Shown: positions 51,054 through 61,668 of the stretch, piece by piece | Layout: every line of letters begins with the position of its first letter | How positions within the stretch are numbered: position 1 is the first letter of the stretch | DNA from: Spirochaetia bacterium | Lineage (GTDB): Bacteria; Spirochaetota; Spirochaetia; DSM-2461 | DNA length: 64,000 bases | Assembly: GCA_963668315.1 (NCBI GenBank) | Contig: OY764216.1 | Location: 4,864,001-4,928,000 of the forward strand | Direction of reading: 5' to 3' | Notes under the pieces: model-generated | What the model was told of the DNA's origin: nothing | The model's input: the letters and a program-made list of their open reading frames with translations, nothing else | The model's database searches: none | Translations under genes and position numbers: made by a program

Positions 51054-52298
51054 ATGAATCAGACAATTGCTCCCTGGTGGAATGAAGGGAAATTCGGACT
51101 TTTCATCCATTTCGGACTCTACTCGACCCTGGCCGGCGAGTATAAGGGAAAACGGACCGACAATATCGCCGAATGGATTATGCACGACCTGGATATTCCC
51201 CGGGAGGAGTACCGCAGACTGGCCGATGATTTTAATCCGGTCAATTTCGACGCGGACAGGATGGTCCGCTCGGCTCGGGACGCGGGCATGTCCTATGTGG
51301 TCTTTACTTCCAAGCACCATGAGGGTTTTGCCATGTATGACTCGCAGGTAAGCTCCTATTCCGCGGCGAAGGGCTCCCCCTTCGGACGTGACCCTCTGGC
51401 GGAGCTGCGAACGGCCTGCGATAAGTACGGCCTCAAGCTCTGCATCTACTACAGCCAGGCCCAGGACTGGGATGACCCGGACGCCTGCCGGGACGGATTT
51501 ACCGGAGAGGGACGCGACTTCGACAGCTATTTTTACGGGAAATGCGTCCCCCAGGTGAAGGAACTCCTGACCAATTACGGCGAGATCGGCCTGATGTGGT
51601 TCGATACTCCCATGTACATGAGCCGGGAGCGGTCCGTTGAACTGAAGAATCTGGTGAAATCCCTGCAGCCAAACTGTCTCGTCAGTGGACGGGTGGGAAG
51701 CGGCCTGGGCGACTATATGACCACCGGGGACAACTTCATTCCCCTGCTCCCCTTCGATGGCCCCTTCGAAGTCCCCGCCACCATGAATTCAACCTGGGGC
51801 TTTAACCGGTATGACAAGAACTGGAAAAGTTCCGGTGACATTATCAGATCTCTGGTGAAGATTGTCTGCCGGGGAGGAAATTACCTTCTGAATATCGGCC
51901 CCGACGGAACGGGGCAGGTTCCCGAAGAGAGCTACGCCCTCCTGGATTCGATAGCTTCCTTTATGGGGAAAAACGGGAAAAGCGTTATCGGGGCTTCCCC
52001 CGTACCGGTGTATCCCTACGATGTGGAGGGAATCTATTTCACCGCCTCTTCCCATCGGCTCTATATCCATAACTTCAGGCAGAGGGAATCCCTTTATCTC
52101 CTCAATATTGCCAGCACCCCTTTAAAATGTTATCTTCTCAGCAGCGGAGAAGAGCTGACGATCAAGGAACGGGAGACCTGCGAAGGGGACAGCAGCTGGC
52201 TGATCCCCCTCCCCCCCATGGAAGCCGAAGAAACAGACCAGGTTATCTGCGTGGAAATCGAAGAAGAGTATGTTGCCTTCGAACCGATCCACTGGTAA
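51054..52298 (+). CDS. Alpha-L-fucosidase-like glycoside hydrolase, GH29
   Basis: KFGLFIHFGLYS, TSKHHEGF, MWFD, NYLLNIGP. Confidence 0.9.
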   Translation: MNQTIAPWWNEGKFGLFIHFGLYSTLAGEYKGKRTDNIAEWIMHDLDIPREEYRRLADDFNPVNFDADRMVRSARDAGMSYVVFTSKHHEGFAMYDSQVSSYSAAKGSPFGRDPLAELRTACDKYGLKLCIYYSQAQDWDDPDACRDGFTGEGRDFDSYFYGKCVPQVKELLTNYGEIGLMWFDTPMYMSRERSVELKNLVKSLQPNCLVSGRVGSGLGDYMTTGDNFIPLLPFDGPFEVPATMNSTWGFNRYDKNWKSSGDIIRSLVKIVCRGGNYLLNIGPDGTGQVPEESYALLDSIASFMGKNGKSVIGASPVPVYPYDVEGIYFTASSHRLYIHNFRQRESLYLLNIASTPLKCYLLSSGEELTIKERETCEGDSSWLIPLPPMEAEETDQVICVEIEEEYVAFEPIHW

Positions 52299-52314
52299 AA
52301 GGAGAATAATCAGC

Positions 52315-53469
52315 ATGAATATGAACGACCTTATCTATCCCGAAAACATTCTCACAGGCGATGCCTATGACTTTCCTTCCGTGGAGAGACCCGTATCGGC
52401 TCCCCTGTACCAGACCTCCCTCTTCTCCTTTCCCGATGCGGAATCCCTTGAGAGGGCCATGCAGGATGAAACGGCGAACTGCCTTTACAGCCGGGGAAAC
52501 AATCCGACGGTGAACCTGGTAGAGAAAAGGATAGCCGAGCTGGAAGGAGGAGAACAGGCCAAGCTCCTCTCCTCGGGCGCTTCGGCCATCGCGGCCGCCA
52601 TTCTTTCCTGCGTCAGCCAGGGCGACCATATCATCTGCAGCAACGAAGCCTACGGCTGGGCGCGGTATATGAGCAGTACCTATCTGGAACGGTTCGGCGT
52701 CACGGCCACCTTCGTCGACGCCTCCGATCCGAAGGCTGTGGAAGAGGCCATAACGGACAGAACGAAAGTTCTCTACCTGGAAAGCCCCAGTTCCCTCCTG
52801 CTGCGTGTTCAGGATCTCAGGGCCATGGCGGAACTGGCGAAAGCCCACGGGATAACCACGATTACCGACAATACCTGGGCCACGCCCCTCCATCAGAATC
52901 CCCTGAAGATGGGGATAGACATGGTCGTTCACTCCGCATCAAAGTACCTGGGCGGCCATAGCGACCTTATCGGAGGAGTCGTCATAGGCAGCAGCGAGCG
53001 GATACAGCACCTGTTTAAAACAGAGTTTCTCCCTATCGGGCAGGTGCCCGACCCCTTCCAGGCCTGGCTTATCCAGCGGGGTATGCGGACACTCCATCTC
53101 AGAGTGGCCCAGCACTACAAAGCCGCCCTTGAGGTATGCGATTTTCTCTATGATCATGGAAAAGTGGCGGAGATCAATTACCCCATGCACCCCAAAAGCC
53201 CCTGGTTCGAACTGGCTTCCCGGCAGATGACCGGCGGTTCGGGCCTTCTTTCCCTGCGTCTCAAGTCCAATGAAAAGGAAAAAGTTTTCCGGGCCGTCAA
53301 CAGCCTTGCCCATTTCAGAATAGGCGTGAGCTGGGGAGGTTACGAGAGCCTTGTCTTTCCGGCGGGCGCCGGAAAGGACGGGGATCCTTCCCTTATCCGT
53401 CTCCATATAGGCCTGGAATCTCCGGAGAGCCTCATAAAGGATCTGGATCAGGCCTTCTCCCTGCTCTAA
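52315..53469 (+). CDS. PLP-dependent Cys/Met metabolism enzyme (cystathionine/methionine gamma-lyase family)
   Basis: YSRGNNPT, ESPSS, DNTWATP, HSASKYLGGHSD, SWGGYESL. Confidence 0.92.
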   Translation: MNMNDLIYPENILTGDAYDFPSVERPVSAPLYQTSLFSFPDAESLERAMQDETANCLYSRGNNPTVNLVEKRIAELEGGEQAKLLSSGASAIAAAILSCVSQGDHIICSNEAYGWARYMSSTYLERFGVTATFVDASDPKAVEEAITDRTKVLYLESPSSLLLRVQDLRAMAELAKAHGITTITDNTWATPLHQNPLKMGIDMVVHSASKYLGGHSDLIGGVVIGSSERIQHLFKTEFLPIGQVPDPFQAWLIQRGMRTLHLRVAQHYKAALEVCDFLYDHGKVAEINYPMHPKSPWFELASRQMTGGSGLLSLRLKSNEKEKVFRAVNSLAHFRIGVSWGGYESLVFPAGAGKDGDPSLIRLHIGLESPESLIKDLDQAFSLL

Positions 53470-53479
53470 GGGAACGATG

Positions 53480-53503
53480 TACCCCGCCCTCCGGGACGGG
53501 GTA
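53480..53503. terminator. Hairpin between convergent genes
   Basis: TACCCCG.CC-TCC-GG.CGGGGTA stem. Confidence 0.5.
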
Positions 53504-53512
53504 TTGGTCCGC

Positions 53513-54895
53513 CTATTTCAGATAATCCAGCCAGGGGCTCTGGGTTGCGATCATCTGATCCACCATCTCCTCCAGATTCCTGGAACTGTTGACCACAGGA
53601 TTCGCCAGAAGGGCTTTCACCACATACTCCCTGCTTCCGGTGAGGATCGCCTCGGCCGTCAGATCGTAAACACTCACATAGTTGCGGAGAAGGGCGCAGA
53701 AATCCTTGGGAATATTAACCTTCTGTCCGGTCAGACCGTCCTTATTGATCAGGGCCGGGACTTCCAGGGCGATCCAGTCGGGAAGGTCGGCGACGCAGCG
53801 GCTCTCCGCCGGAGCGCCCGGTTCCCGGTTGAGGACATTGATGGCCCCTTCGATATATCCCTGATCCCCCTCTATCCCTTCTATGATGGGGATGACCCTC
53901 TCATGGGTCTCATCGCCGAAATGGGGCACCACATCGGCCAGAGCGTACCGGTAGGAGGAGTAGAAATCCTCTATTCCCTTGTGATCCGATCTTTCCCAGG
54001 CCCAGCCGATGTATTCCCCGATATGGCTGTCCGTCGTAATGGGGAGGAGCTTATAGGTCTCCATCAGATACTTGAAGAGGGTTCTGTCCGCCCAGGGATA
54101 GCTGCTCTCCTTTACATCGAGCATGAAGCGCTCCCGGGCTCCTTCGGTATGAATGTTCTCCCCGGTGCGTTTCGTATAGGCCCAGAGATCGGAATATCCC
54201 GGTTCCTTTTCGAAAAATGCGGGAGCCTTGGCCAGGATATCCGGATAGGCATCCTTTCCCGTGTCCTTATACTTCGCTTCCAGTACGACGGAAAAGTGAT
54301 TCAGACCTGAAGCGGTCAGTTCCAGGTTCTCAAAGGGCGTATCAAGAATGGTGGGCAGATACCTCTCCAGGGAAGCGATCTCATGGCACATACCGATGAA
54401 CTTGCAGTCGGGATATTTTCTCTTCACCGTGGTCACGATAGCCGACATGGGGTTGGAGTAGTTGAAGACAAAGGCTTCGGGGCAGTATTTCATCACATCG
54501 GCGCAGATTTCCAGGATAACCGGGACAATCCGCAGGGAGTGGAAAATCCCGCCGGGACCGCCATTCTCACCGTATACCTGTCTTACGCCGTACTGCATGG
54601 GAATTTTCCAGTCCTGGTCCCACAGTTCAAAGCGGTTTCCCACTTCAATGGAGGAGATGACATAGTCCGCTCCCTTCAGAGCTTCGGGCCTGTTGGTCGT
54701 GGCCGAGAGCTTATGTTTGAGCCCCTTCTCCCTGATCCATGCCAGACCTGCCTGGTAAACCTTGTCCAGAGCCTTGGCATTGATATCAAGCAGGGTGATA
54801 TCCATTTCCCGAAGGGACTGACTGTTGAAGATATCGTTGAGTGTTCCCACTCCGAACTGAGCGCTACCTGCACCGATAAGAACAATTTTCTTCAT
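53513..54895 (-). CDS. GH4 NAD-dependent alpha-glucosidase/alpha-galactosidase
   Basis: MKKIVLIGAGS start at 54895; GENGGPGG, NYSNP, GMCH, GLNH. Confidence 0.92.
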   Translation of the reverse strand: MKKIVLIGAGSAQFGVGTLNDIFNSQSLREMDITLLDINAKALDKVYQAGLAWIREKGLKHKLSATTNRPEALKGADYVISSIEVGNRFELWDQDWKIPMQYGVRQVYGENGGPGGIFHSLRIVPVILEICADVMKYCPEAFVFNYSNPMSAIVTTVKRKYPDCKFIGMCHEIASLERYLPTILDTPFENLELTASGLNHFSVVLEAKYKDTGKDAYPDILAKAPAFFEKEPGYSDLWAYTKRTGENIHTEGARERFMLDVKESSYPWADRTLFKYLMETYKLLPITTDSHIGEYIGWAWERSDHKGIEDFYSSYRYALADVVPHFGDETHERVIPIIEGIEGDQGYIEGAINVLNREPGAPAESRCVADLPDWIALEVPALINKDGLTGQKVNIPKDFCALLRNYVSVYDLTAEAILTGSREYVVKALLANPVVNSSRNLEEMVDQMIATQSPWLDYLK

Positions 54896-55004
54896 AACAA
54901 AATTCTCCTTTTTCCGAAGAAGTCTGCTGTCAGCTTCCCCGGTATGTTTTTTAAAAAATAATTTTTCCGTGATATCCGGCTCCTTCCGCCGGAACATTCC
55001 GTAC

Positions 55005-55020
55005 ATGCAAACGTGTGCAT
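55005..55020. promoter_or_regulatory. LacI-type operator ATGCAAACGTGTGCAT upstream of the GH4 gene
   Basis: Near-palindrome with central CG; inverted copy at 56079-56092. Confidence 0.7.
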
Positions 55021-55036
55021 TTCCGTCCAAAAAAAA

Positions 55037-56056
55037 TCAGATGACACAGGATTCCCTTATAAACAGGGTCGGTTCCAGAGCGGCATGGAGCTGTCCGGAG
55101 CCCTTATCCCCCTCGATCATCTCTATCAGCTTTCGGCATCCCATCTCCACCTGTTCCTCCTTCAGCTGATGGATCGTGGTGAGGCGGGGACGAAAGAAAC
55201 TGTTGATATCAAGATCGTCATAGCCGACAACGGCGATATCTTCGGGAACCCGGATACCCAGCTCCTTCATCGCCTCGATGGCTCCGATAGCCACAATATC
55301 CGCATGGGCGGATATTCCGTCGATATTCCCCAGGTTTTCCCTGTTCTCCATGATATAGTTGTACCCCACATCAAAACTGGAAACATCGTATTTGAGGATT
55401 CTGCCCGGATCGACGTTCCTGCCCCAGTCGGACAGTGCCTTCCTGAACCCCCTGCGCCTCTCCTGGAATTCGAAAACCTCCCCGTAGGAAAGGCAGACCG
55501 GATTTCTCCTCCCCGCCTTCAGCAGGCACTCCGCCGCCAGGTAGCCCCCCTTGAAATTATCGGAATAGACATGATTGATTTTATCCTGCCTCTTATCGTT
55601 CCATTTAAAATGGATTGACACGAAGGGGATTTTCGATTCCCCGAGAACTTCCCAGTCTTCCTGATCAAGCTGATGCACGACGAGTATGATTCCATCGACC
55701 TTTTTCTGCTTGACCAGTTTCCTGATGTTGCTGAGATTCGTCCGGGGATTTTTCGGGCAGGTTATGATGCTGTCATACTGCTCCTCTTCTATCCTGATCC
55801 TCAGGCTGTCCATCAGATTTCCCAGATATTGAACGGAACGGTATTTGTCGTCATGAACGGGAAAGATGATGCCGATGGTGCCGGTTTTGCTGGTAATCAG
55901 ACTTCTGGCATTGGCATTGAGCTCAAAGTTATACTCTTCGGCGAGCTTCTTAACCCTCTGCTTCGTTTTCTCCGCGACAAGAGGGCTGTCATTCAGGCTT
56001 CTTGATACGGTCGAATGGTTGAGACCCGCTATTTTCGCCAGTTCTTTAATCGTCAT
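55037..56056 (-). CDS. LacI-family transcriptional regulator
   Basis: MTIKELAKIAGLNHSTVSRSLN HTH. Confidence 0.93.
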   Translation of the reverse strand: MTIKELAKIAGLNHSTVSRSLNDSPLVAEKTKQRVKKLAEEYNFELNANARSLITSKTGTIGIIFPVHDDKYRSVQYLGNLMDSLRIRIEEEQYDSIITCPKNPRTNLSNIRKLVKQKKVDGIILVVHQLDQEDWEVLGESKIPFVSIHFKWNDKRQDKINHVYSDNFKGGYLAAECLLKAGRRNPVCLSYGEVFEFQERRRGFRKALSDWGRNVDPGRILKYDVSSFDVGYNYIMENRENLGNIDGISAHADIVAIGAIEAMKELGIRVPEDIAVVGYDDLDINSFFRPRLTTIHQLKEEQVEMGCRKLIEMIEGDKGSGQLHAALEPTLFIRESCVI

Positions 56057-56078
56057 TCATAACACCTGAAATGATTAT

Positions 56079-56092
56079 TGCACACGTTTGCA
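56079..56092. promoter_or_regulatory. LacI-type operator TGCACACGTTTGCA (autoregulation)
   Basis: Same 14-mer as 55006-55019, in inverted orientation. Confidence 0.7.
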
Positions 56093-56198
56093 TTTTAAGC
56101 AATGAAAAGTTTCAGAATTCATAAAGTACCCGGTTCTAAGTCCGCTTCCCACCCAAAATCTTACTTCAATTACCTCCCCATGGAACGGAGGAAAAAGG

Positions 56199-56228
56199 CG
56201 GCCCGCCTATCCGATGACAGGCGGGCCG
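56199..56228 (-). terminator. Stem-loop downstream of the esterase gene
   Basis: CGGCCCGCCT...AGGCGGGCCG, followed by a T-run on the minus strand. Confidence 0.6.
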
Positions 56229-56265
56229 GAGAGATGTATATTAAAGAAACTTTTCAGTCACTTGC

Positions 56266-57822
56266 TTATTTACCGCCCATGGCGATGAGCGCTTCCGTGG
56301 AATCGGCATCAAAGAGAATTCTCTCTGCCGCCCCCCCGTCGCCGTTCCAGGCTTCCCAGGTAACGCCGTTAACCGTTCCCGGATTTCCCGTATAGGCGAA
56401 CTGGGCGATATAGGCCATCATGGCGTCGCTCAGAGCGGTATAGCCCTTCTCGTTTTCGGGCCGGAAAATTCCCCGGTAGATATCCAGGTAGGGGTACTGA
56501 GCCCAGACCAGCGGAAGATCCAGGGCATGGCAGGCGCCGAACTGGATGGCCGAGTTTTCGTCGGGCCAGGCGTTGTAGCCGTCCTTATTATAGGCGCCGT
56601 AATTCAGCTGATAGGCGTAAAGGGCCGGCTGGTTCTCATGGGCCGCCATGGCCGTAAGGGGATTATCCACGGCGTTTTTAATCATGAAACCGGACATGGC
56701 GACCATATTCGCCTGGTACTCCTGAGCGGCGGCCGGATCAAAGGTGAAATAATTGAAGAGTTTCATCTCTTCCTTGTTGGCTCCCATAATAAGGGGAACC
56801 TGACGGTAGGTCGCGGGATCGTTCAGAGCTTCGGCGCCGTTGGAGGGAAGAACCGTTCCGTCCATCAGGGGCATAAGCTGATCGGCCAGCATACCGAATC
56901 CGCCTGGATGATACATATTCAGCAGCTCGTCCACGCTCTTGCTTCTCAGATACGCGGCGATCTCCGATTCGCCGATATCCGTTCTGCCGTCGGCTGCCAG
57001 CATCTCGTTCAGGACCCGTTCGCTGCTCTCATCGGCCTGTGAGACGGGCACCATATTGAATCCGCCGCTCTGGGACATGGCCTTGTGAAAAAGACCTTCT
57101 GTCCGGGGGGAAACAAGCAGACTGCAGACATTGAATCCGCCGGCCGACTCACCGGCGATCATGACATTATCGGGATTTCCGCCGAAGGCTTCGATATTCG
57201 TCTGAACCCACTGAAGGGCCTTGATCATATCCATGGTTCCGTAATTTCCCGATCCGTCCAGGGAGTTCTCCCCCTCTCTCAGGGCGGGATGGCTGAACCA
57301 GCCTAAAGGTCCCAGGCGGTAATTAATCGTAACGACAACCATATGGCTCTTGCCGGCGATATTCTGTCCCTCGTATTCTGAGGCGGATCCGACCGAATTG
57401 GCCCCACCGTGAATCCAGAAATAGACGGGGAGATCCCTTTCCTGCGTCCGGGGGCGCCAGACGTTCAGATAGAGGCAGTCCTCGCTGCCGATGACACTCT
57501 GCTCGCCGGGAAAATTGCCGTCGAACTGGGGAGCGACGGGACTGAATTCCGTGGTTTCCAGAACGCCCGTCCAGGCTTCGGGTTCCCGGGGGGCTTTCCA
57601 CCGGAGTTCTCCCACCGGCGGTTTGGCAAAGGGAATACCCTTCCAAGACCAGGTTTCTTTTTCGTCTTCCGCTCCCTGAACCAGACCTTTGTCAGTCTGA
57701 ACCAGTAATCCCAGAGAATCGCCATGGGCCTCTCCCTTTGTGGCGCATCCTGAGAGAACAGATAAAATCAGGGACATACTGAAAAACAGAAGTCCAAGCT
57801 TTGAAACTCTTTTTACAGACAT
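56266..57822 (-). CDS. Type-B carboxylesterase lipoprotein
   Basis: Lipobox LSGC; GIPFAKPPVG.LRW, SEDCLYLN, GESAGG, GACHALD. Confidence 0.92.
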   Translation of the reverse strand: MSVKRVSKLGLLFFSMSLILSVLSGCATKGEAHGDSLGLLVQTDKGLVQGAEDEKETWSWKGIPFAKPPVGELRWKAPREPEAWTGVLETTEFSPVAPQFDGNFPGEQSVIGSEDCLYLNVWRPRTQERDLPVYFWIHGGANSVGSASEYEGQNIAGKSHMVVVTINYRLGPLGWFSHPALREGENSLDGSGNYGTMDMIKALQWVQTNIEAFGGNPDNVMIAGESAGGFNVCSLLVSPRTEGLFHKAMSQSGGFNMVPVSQADESSERVLNEMLAADGRTDIGESEIAAYLRSKSVDELLNMYHPGGFGMLADQLMPLMDGTVLPSNGAEALNDPATYRQVPLIMGANKEEMKLFNYFTFDPAAAQEYQANMVAMSGFMIKNAVDNPLTAMAAHENQPALYAYQLNYGAYNKDGYNAWPDENSAIQFGACHALDLPLVWAQYPYLDIYRGIFRPENEKGYTALSDAMMAYIAQFAYTGNPGTVNGVTWEAWNGDGGAAERILFDADSTEALIAMGGK

Positions 57823-57974
57823 AATGACCTCACTTTCGTTTTACGATAAATGTAATAAAGAAAAATACAGAAAGGAATATCAATTAACACATATTATTTG
57901 CCTATTTATACATATATTGATAGCTATGTTATACTATAAATGGATTTTCATGCTTTTTTATCCATCATTCTGTT

Positions 57975-58217
57975 TTAAACAAAAATAGAAGCATGACTTC
58001 CCAGATCTTTCAGTTTCGGGATATCCACCTCATCGATACTGCCCAGCACCATAAGCGGCAGGGGCAGCTGGTGTTTAAAGGACTCGGCCGCCTTTGTAAC
58101 GTTAAGGGTGGCATGAAGTACGATGCTCCCTGCGGTTAATGTTATTCTGGTCCCGTTTTCCAGTCCGCGACGCTTCGGGGGACGGGAAAACCAGATAACC
58201 AGAAAAACCAAAATCAT
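57975..58217 (-). pseudogene. Possible internally deleted cyclophilin-like-fold gene remnant
   Basis: ITLTAGSIVLHATLNVTKAAESFKHQLPL followed directly by LGSIDEVDIPKLKD resembles the N- and C-terminal ends of 61669-62148 without the middle. Confidence 0.4.
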
Positions 58218-58262
58218 AAAACAATAATGAATTTCATCCTACTCGCATTCACAATAAATCCT

Positions 58263-59165
58263 CTAGAAGGGAAATCTGTTGAGCAGAAGTCCGAGGACCA
58301 GGGAGAAGACCATCAGAAAGGCCACATAAAATCCTACCATTCTTTTGGACAGAAAACTTCCCAGAGCCGTCAGGGCGGTAATCCGGGTGGCGGGGCCGAC
58401 AATCAGAAAAGCCATGGCCGCGCCGGTGCTCATCCCGTTCTTCATGAGCATTTCCACCAGGGGAATTACGCCTCCCCCGCAGATATAGACGGGAATGCTT
58501 ACCAGGGCGGCGAAAAGAATGTTGAGCCACTCCCGGGTCGCTCTTTCAAAAAGCAGGGAGATAGGGACAATCGCTTCGAGGAATACGCTGAGCAGAACGC
58601 CCAGAACCAGATACTTGCCGATAAACTTAAAAGTCGACCATACCCCGAGCAGATACTCTTTCCACAGGAAGTTCCTTATATCCCTCTCCCGGCCGGAGCT
58701 TTTGCATTCGATTCTGCCGTTCACATTCCCCGCTTCCAAGGCCTTTCCCTTTCCCGCGAAAATCGTCAGGAGAGAGCCCAGCAGAAGGGAGAAGAGGAAA
58801 ACGCTGAACAGCCTGGCCAGGGAAAAGGTCAGGCCGAATCCTCCCCAGGTTACCAGAAACAGCTGGGGATTTATCAGGGAGGACGCTCCCAGAAAGGTTA
58901 TAAGAGGAGCCAGCGGGGTTCCCTTCTTATAAAGTTTGATGATGATCGGAACCGTCCCGTAGGTGCAAAGGGGCGACGCCATTCCCAGCAGGGCGGCGAA
59001 CAGAACCGACAGGGCCGGTGATTTCCTGACCGCCCGCTGCACGACATCCGCCCAGGATGTGTACTTGAGGATCTCCGCCAGCAGGACGCCGATGACGACA
59101 TAGGGCAGAAAAGTCAAAAGGAGCTCAACCGACCTCAGAATAAGGGCTGTCAGGAAATCAAACAC
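58263..59165 (-). CDS. Permease (DUF318/ArsP-like)
   Basis: SPLCTYGTVP, PVYICGGGVIP, FLIVGPAT. Confidence 0.85.
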   Translation of the reverse strand: MFDFLTALILRSVELLLTFLPYVVIGVLLAEILKYTSWADVVQRAVRKSPALSVLFAALLGMASPLCTYGTVPIIIKLYKKGTPLAPLITFLGASSLINPQLFLVTWGGFGLTFSLARLFSVFLFSLLLGSLLTIFAGKGKALEAGNVNGRIECKSSGRERDIRNFLWKEYLLGVWSTFKFIGKYLVLGVLLSVFLEAIVPISLLFERATREWLNILFAALVSIPVYICGGGVIPLVEMLMKNGMSTGAAMAFLIVGPATRITALTALGSFLSKRMVGFYVAFLMVFSLVLGLLLNRFPF

Positions 59166-59176
59166 AATCGTCCGCC

Positions 59177-60700
59177 TTAAATATCCACTTTCGTGCTGTT
59201 CAGGAATCGGTCGAATCCGTAAACGGCGATGGTGGAATCATCGTTATATTCCAGATTACCGAATGAGAAGTCCGCCGCCTTTCCCGTCACCGGCTGAGAA
59301 CCGGCCAGCCTGCCGTCGATATAAACGGCCACTTTGATCAGATCCTCATTCGATGTGAGGGAACCGGTCAGGCTGTCCCCTTCCAGGACGGAAGCGGTCA
59401 GACTGATTTCGGGGTTTTCATAATCGGTATATTTTCTGATGGCCTCCGCCTGGGAACCGAAGGGCTTCTTGATGTCGCTGACCCTGACGTTTCCCAGCAC
59501 ATTGATCCGCGCCGGATCCATGATGCCCATATGATCTTCGGCCAGGTATTTGAGGTAATCCACCTGTTCCGGATCCACACCGATGATGTAGGAGTGGATG
59601 GTGTCGATGGCCAGGGCGTTCTGAGCCGCCATGATGACTCTCATGTTCTTCTTGGCCCCTTCATAAGTGTCGGCGCCCTGGCCGATGGGACCGTATTCCA
59701 TGCCCTGCAGTCCGTCGGTAATAACGAAATCGACCGGTTTGACCATGTAGAAGTCGTGGATGAATTTGTTCAGGGGCTCCCAGGAGTGGTCCACTCCCAG
59801 ACGGCTCAGGGGCATGATGGTGGAGGCCATGACGGGATTGCCGTAAACCCGGGGCGGAGCGGTACCGATGCCCACGTTCTTGACACCCCCGGTTATGGCC
59901 GCATTTCCATGGCTTTTCAGCAGGGGAAGGTCGATGACCACATCGGCGGAGTAATAAAGTTCATCAATATAGTAGTTACCCTCGGTCCACTTGTCCAGAT
60001 CGTCGGTGTAGCGTTTATACTGGCCGATAGAAACCGCCGTCAGATCGCTGGTATCCACGGAGTACAGATCGTCTCCCGAATCATCGTAATTGAGGATTTC
60101 GTCGACTGCGGGCAGATTCTCCTTCGTCCATCCCAGAATCTCCATGTTACCCGCCGTATCGTCCCAGCAGGACGTTTCCATCACATAGATCTTCCCGTTC
60201 GGGTTCAATTCCCGTACCAGTTCGGAAGCGACCTTGATAACCCGGTAATCGGTGGCGATACCGTTCACTTTCTGCGCGAGCCTGTTCTCATCTTTGCTCG
60301 CCATACCATCCACACGGTGATAGGCCGAAATCAGATTGGGCTTGAGTACGACAAAGTCGCCGTCATGGACAATATCGCCGAGCCCGCCGGCCAGGGCTAC
60401 CGCCTCTTTTATCATAAGGCGGATATCCTCTTCGGTGATCTCTTCGGCGTGTTCCTTGTCACTCCGGATCAGAGCGACATCGGCAGTCTCTCCCTCATAG
60501 GTCTTAATGTCGGCTCTCTGTATATCCGTCAAGGGCTCAACGGAATTCATCCGGTAACTCTGACAGGCAAAAAAGACAAGGCCGATGACGATAATCGCGG
60601 CCAGAACAATCCCCGTTCTCTTCAGACCGGTAAGCAGGGATCTTTTCTTTTTCCCCTCTATTTTGACAGACTTCTCTCTTCCCATTCCTATCTCCTTCAT
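59177..60700 (-). CDS. Membrane-anchored DUF362-domain protein
   Basis: VVLKPNL, PLLKSH...TGGVKN, DFVITDG, ALAIDT. Confidence 0.8.
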   Translation of the reverse strand: MKEIGMGREKSVKIEGKKKRSLLTGLKRTGIVLAAIIVIGLVFFACQSYRMNSVEPLTDIQRADIKTYEGETADVALIRSDKEHAEEITEEDIRLMIKEAVALAGGLGDIVHDGDFVVLKPNLISAYHRVDGMASKDENRLAQKVNGIATDYRVIKVASELVRELNPNGKIYVMETSCWDDTAGNMEILGWTKENLPAVDEILNYDDSGDDLYSVDTSDLTAVSIGQYKRYTDDLDKWTEGNYYIDELYYSADVVIDLPLLKSHGNAAITGGVKNVGIGTAPPRVYGNPVMASTIMPLSRLGVDHSWEPLNKFIHDFYMVKPVDFVITDGLQGMEYGPIGQGADTYEGAKKNMRVIMAAQNALAIDTIHSYIIGVDPEQVDYLKYLAEDHMGIMDPARINVLGNVRVSDIKKPFGSQAEAIRKYTDYENPEISLTASVLEGDSLTGSLTSNEDLIKVAVYIDGRLAGSQPVTGKAADFSFGNLEYNDDSTIAVYGFDRFLNSTKVDI

Positions 60701-60740
60701 GTTTTTTCTGAGAAACGTTTCACCATGTCAGCCCGGAAGA

Positions 60741-61646
60741 CTACTTCCGGGAACTGAAAATCATGGAAAGTATGGCTTTAAAATTCAGCTTTCCCCCGTA
60801 GACGGGCATCAGGCTGGCATCTCCGTAATCCTTGATTTTCTCCACACTCTTCAGGGTTTCCATATCCTCATCGGAAATGATGAAATCGAGGGCGGCGTTG
60901 CTTTTCATATGATCCGGATTGGCCGTCTTGGGCAGGGGCAGAAGTCCCAGCTGCAGATCGTAGCGGATGGAAAGCTGGGGAACGGAGACGCCGTACCTTT
61001 CGGCGATGGCCTGGACTTCCCGGTTCTTCATAAGCTCACCGTGGGCTACGGGGGAGTAGGCTTCCACCAGAATTCCCTTCTCCTGGGTATAGTTGATCAG
61101 ATCGAGGGGGGTATTGCTTATATGGGCCAGGATCTGGTTGACCATGGGCTTTTCTTTACAGTTATTGAGAATGTTATCAAGATCTTCCTTCTCGAAGTTG
61201 GAAAGACCGATAGCCCGCAGTTTGCCCGCTTTGTAGGCGTCTTCCAGAGCCCGCCAGGCTTCCCGGTTCCCTTCGAAGAAGTGATCCCCCTCGCGGAATT
61301 TCGTCCAGGGCTGGGGACTGTGGATAATCATCATATCGATGTAATCCAGTCCCATGGTCTTAAGGGATTTGTCTATGGCCGCGGCGGCTTTCTTATAGCT
61401 CTTTGCTTCAGCGGCAAGCTTGGTGGTAACAAATAATTCCTTTCTGTCCACACCGCAGGTTCTCACGGCTTCTCCCACCCCGCGTTCGTTGCGGTAGGCC
61501 TGGGCCGTATCGATATGGCGGTAGCCGATTTTTACGGCATCCTTGACCGCCTGCACGACATTCTTGTCACTGATAAACCACGTACCCAGACCGAGCTTGG
61601 GTATTTCCACTCCGTTTGACAGAGTATACGTCTCATCCATAATCAT
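60741..61646 (-). CDS. Aldo/keto reductase
   Basis: GLGTW, GYRHIDTAQAY, TTKL, IGLSNF, LPKT. Confidence 0.93.
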   Translation of the reverse strand: MIMDETYTLSNGVEIPKLGLGTWFISDKNVVQAVKDAVKIGYRHIDTAQAYRNERGVGEAVRTCGVDRKELFVTTKLAAEAKSYKKAAAAIDKSLKTMGLDYIDMMIIHSPQPWTKFREGDHFFEGNREAWRALEDAYKAGKLRAIGLSNFEKEDLDNILNNCKEKPMVNQILAHISNTPLDLINYTQEKGILVEAYSPVAHGELMKNREVQAIAERYGVSVPQLSIRYDLQLGLLPLPKTANPDHMKSNAALDFIISDEDMETLKSVEKIKDYGDASLMPVYGGKLNFKAILSMIFSSRK

Positions 61647-61668
61647 AAACTTTCTCCTCTAAGCCGTT

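Noticed and set aside
22860..61436. Long antisense or alternative-frame ORFs (e.g. 22860-24035, 25380-26636, 40638-41600, 50004-50990, 59531-60757)
   Set aside because: Shadow ORFs of well-supported genes in GC-rich codon context, with no recognisable motifs.
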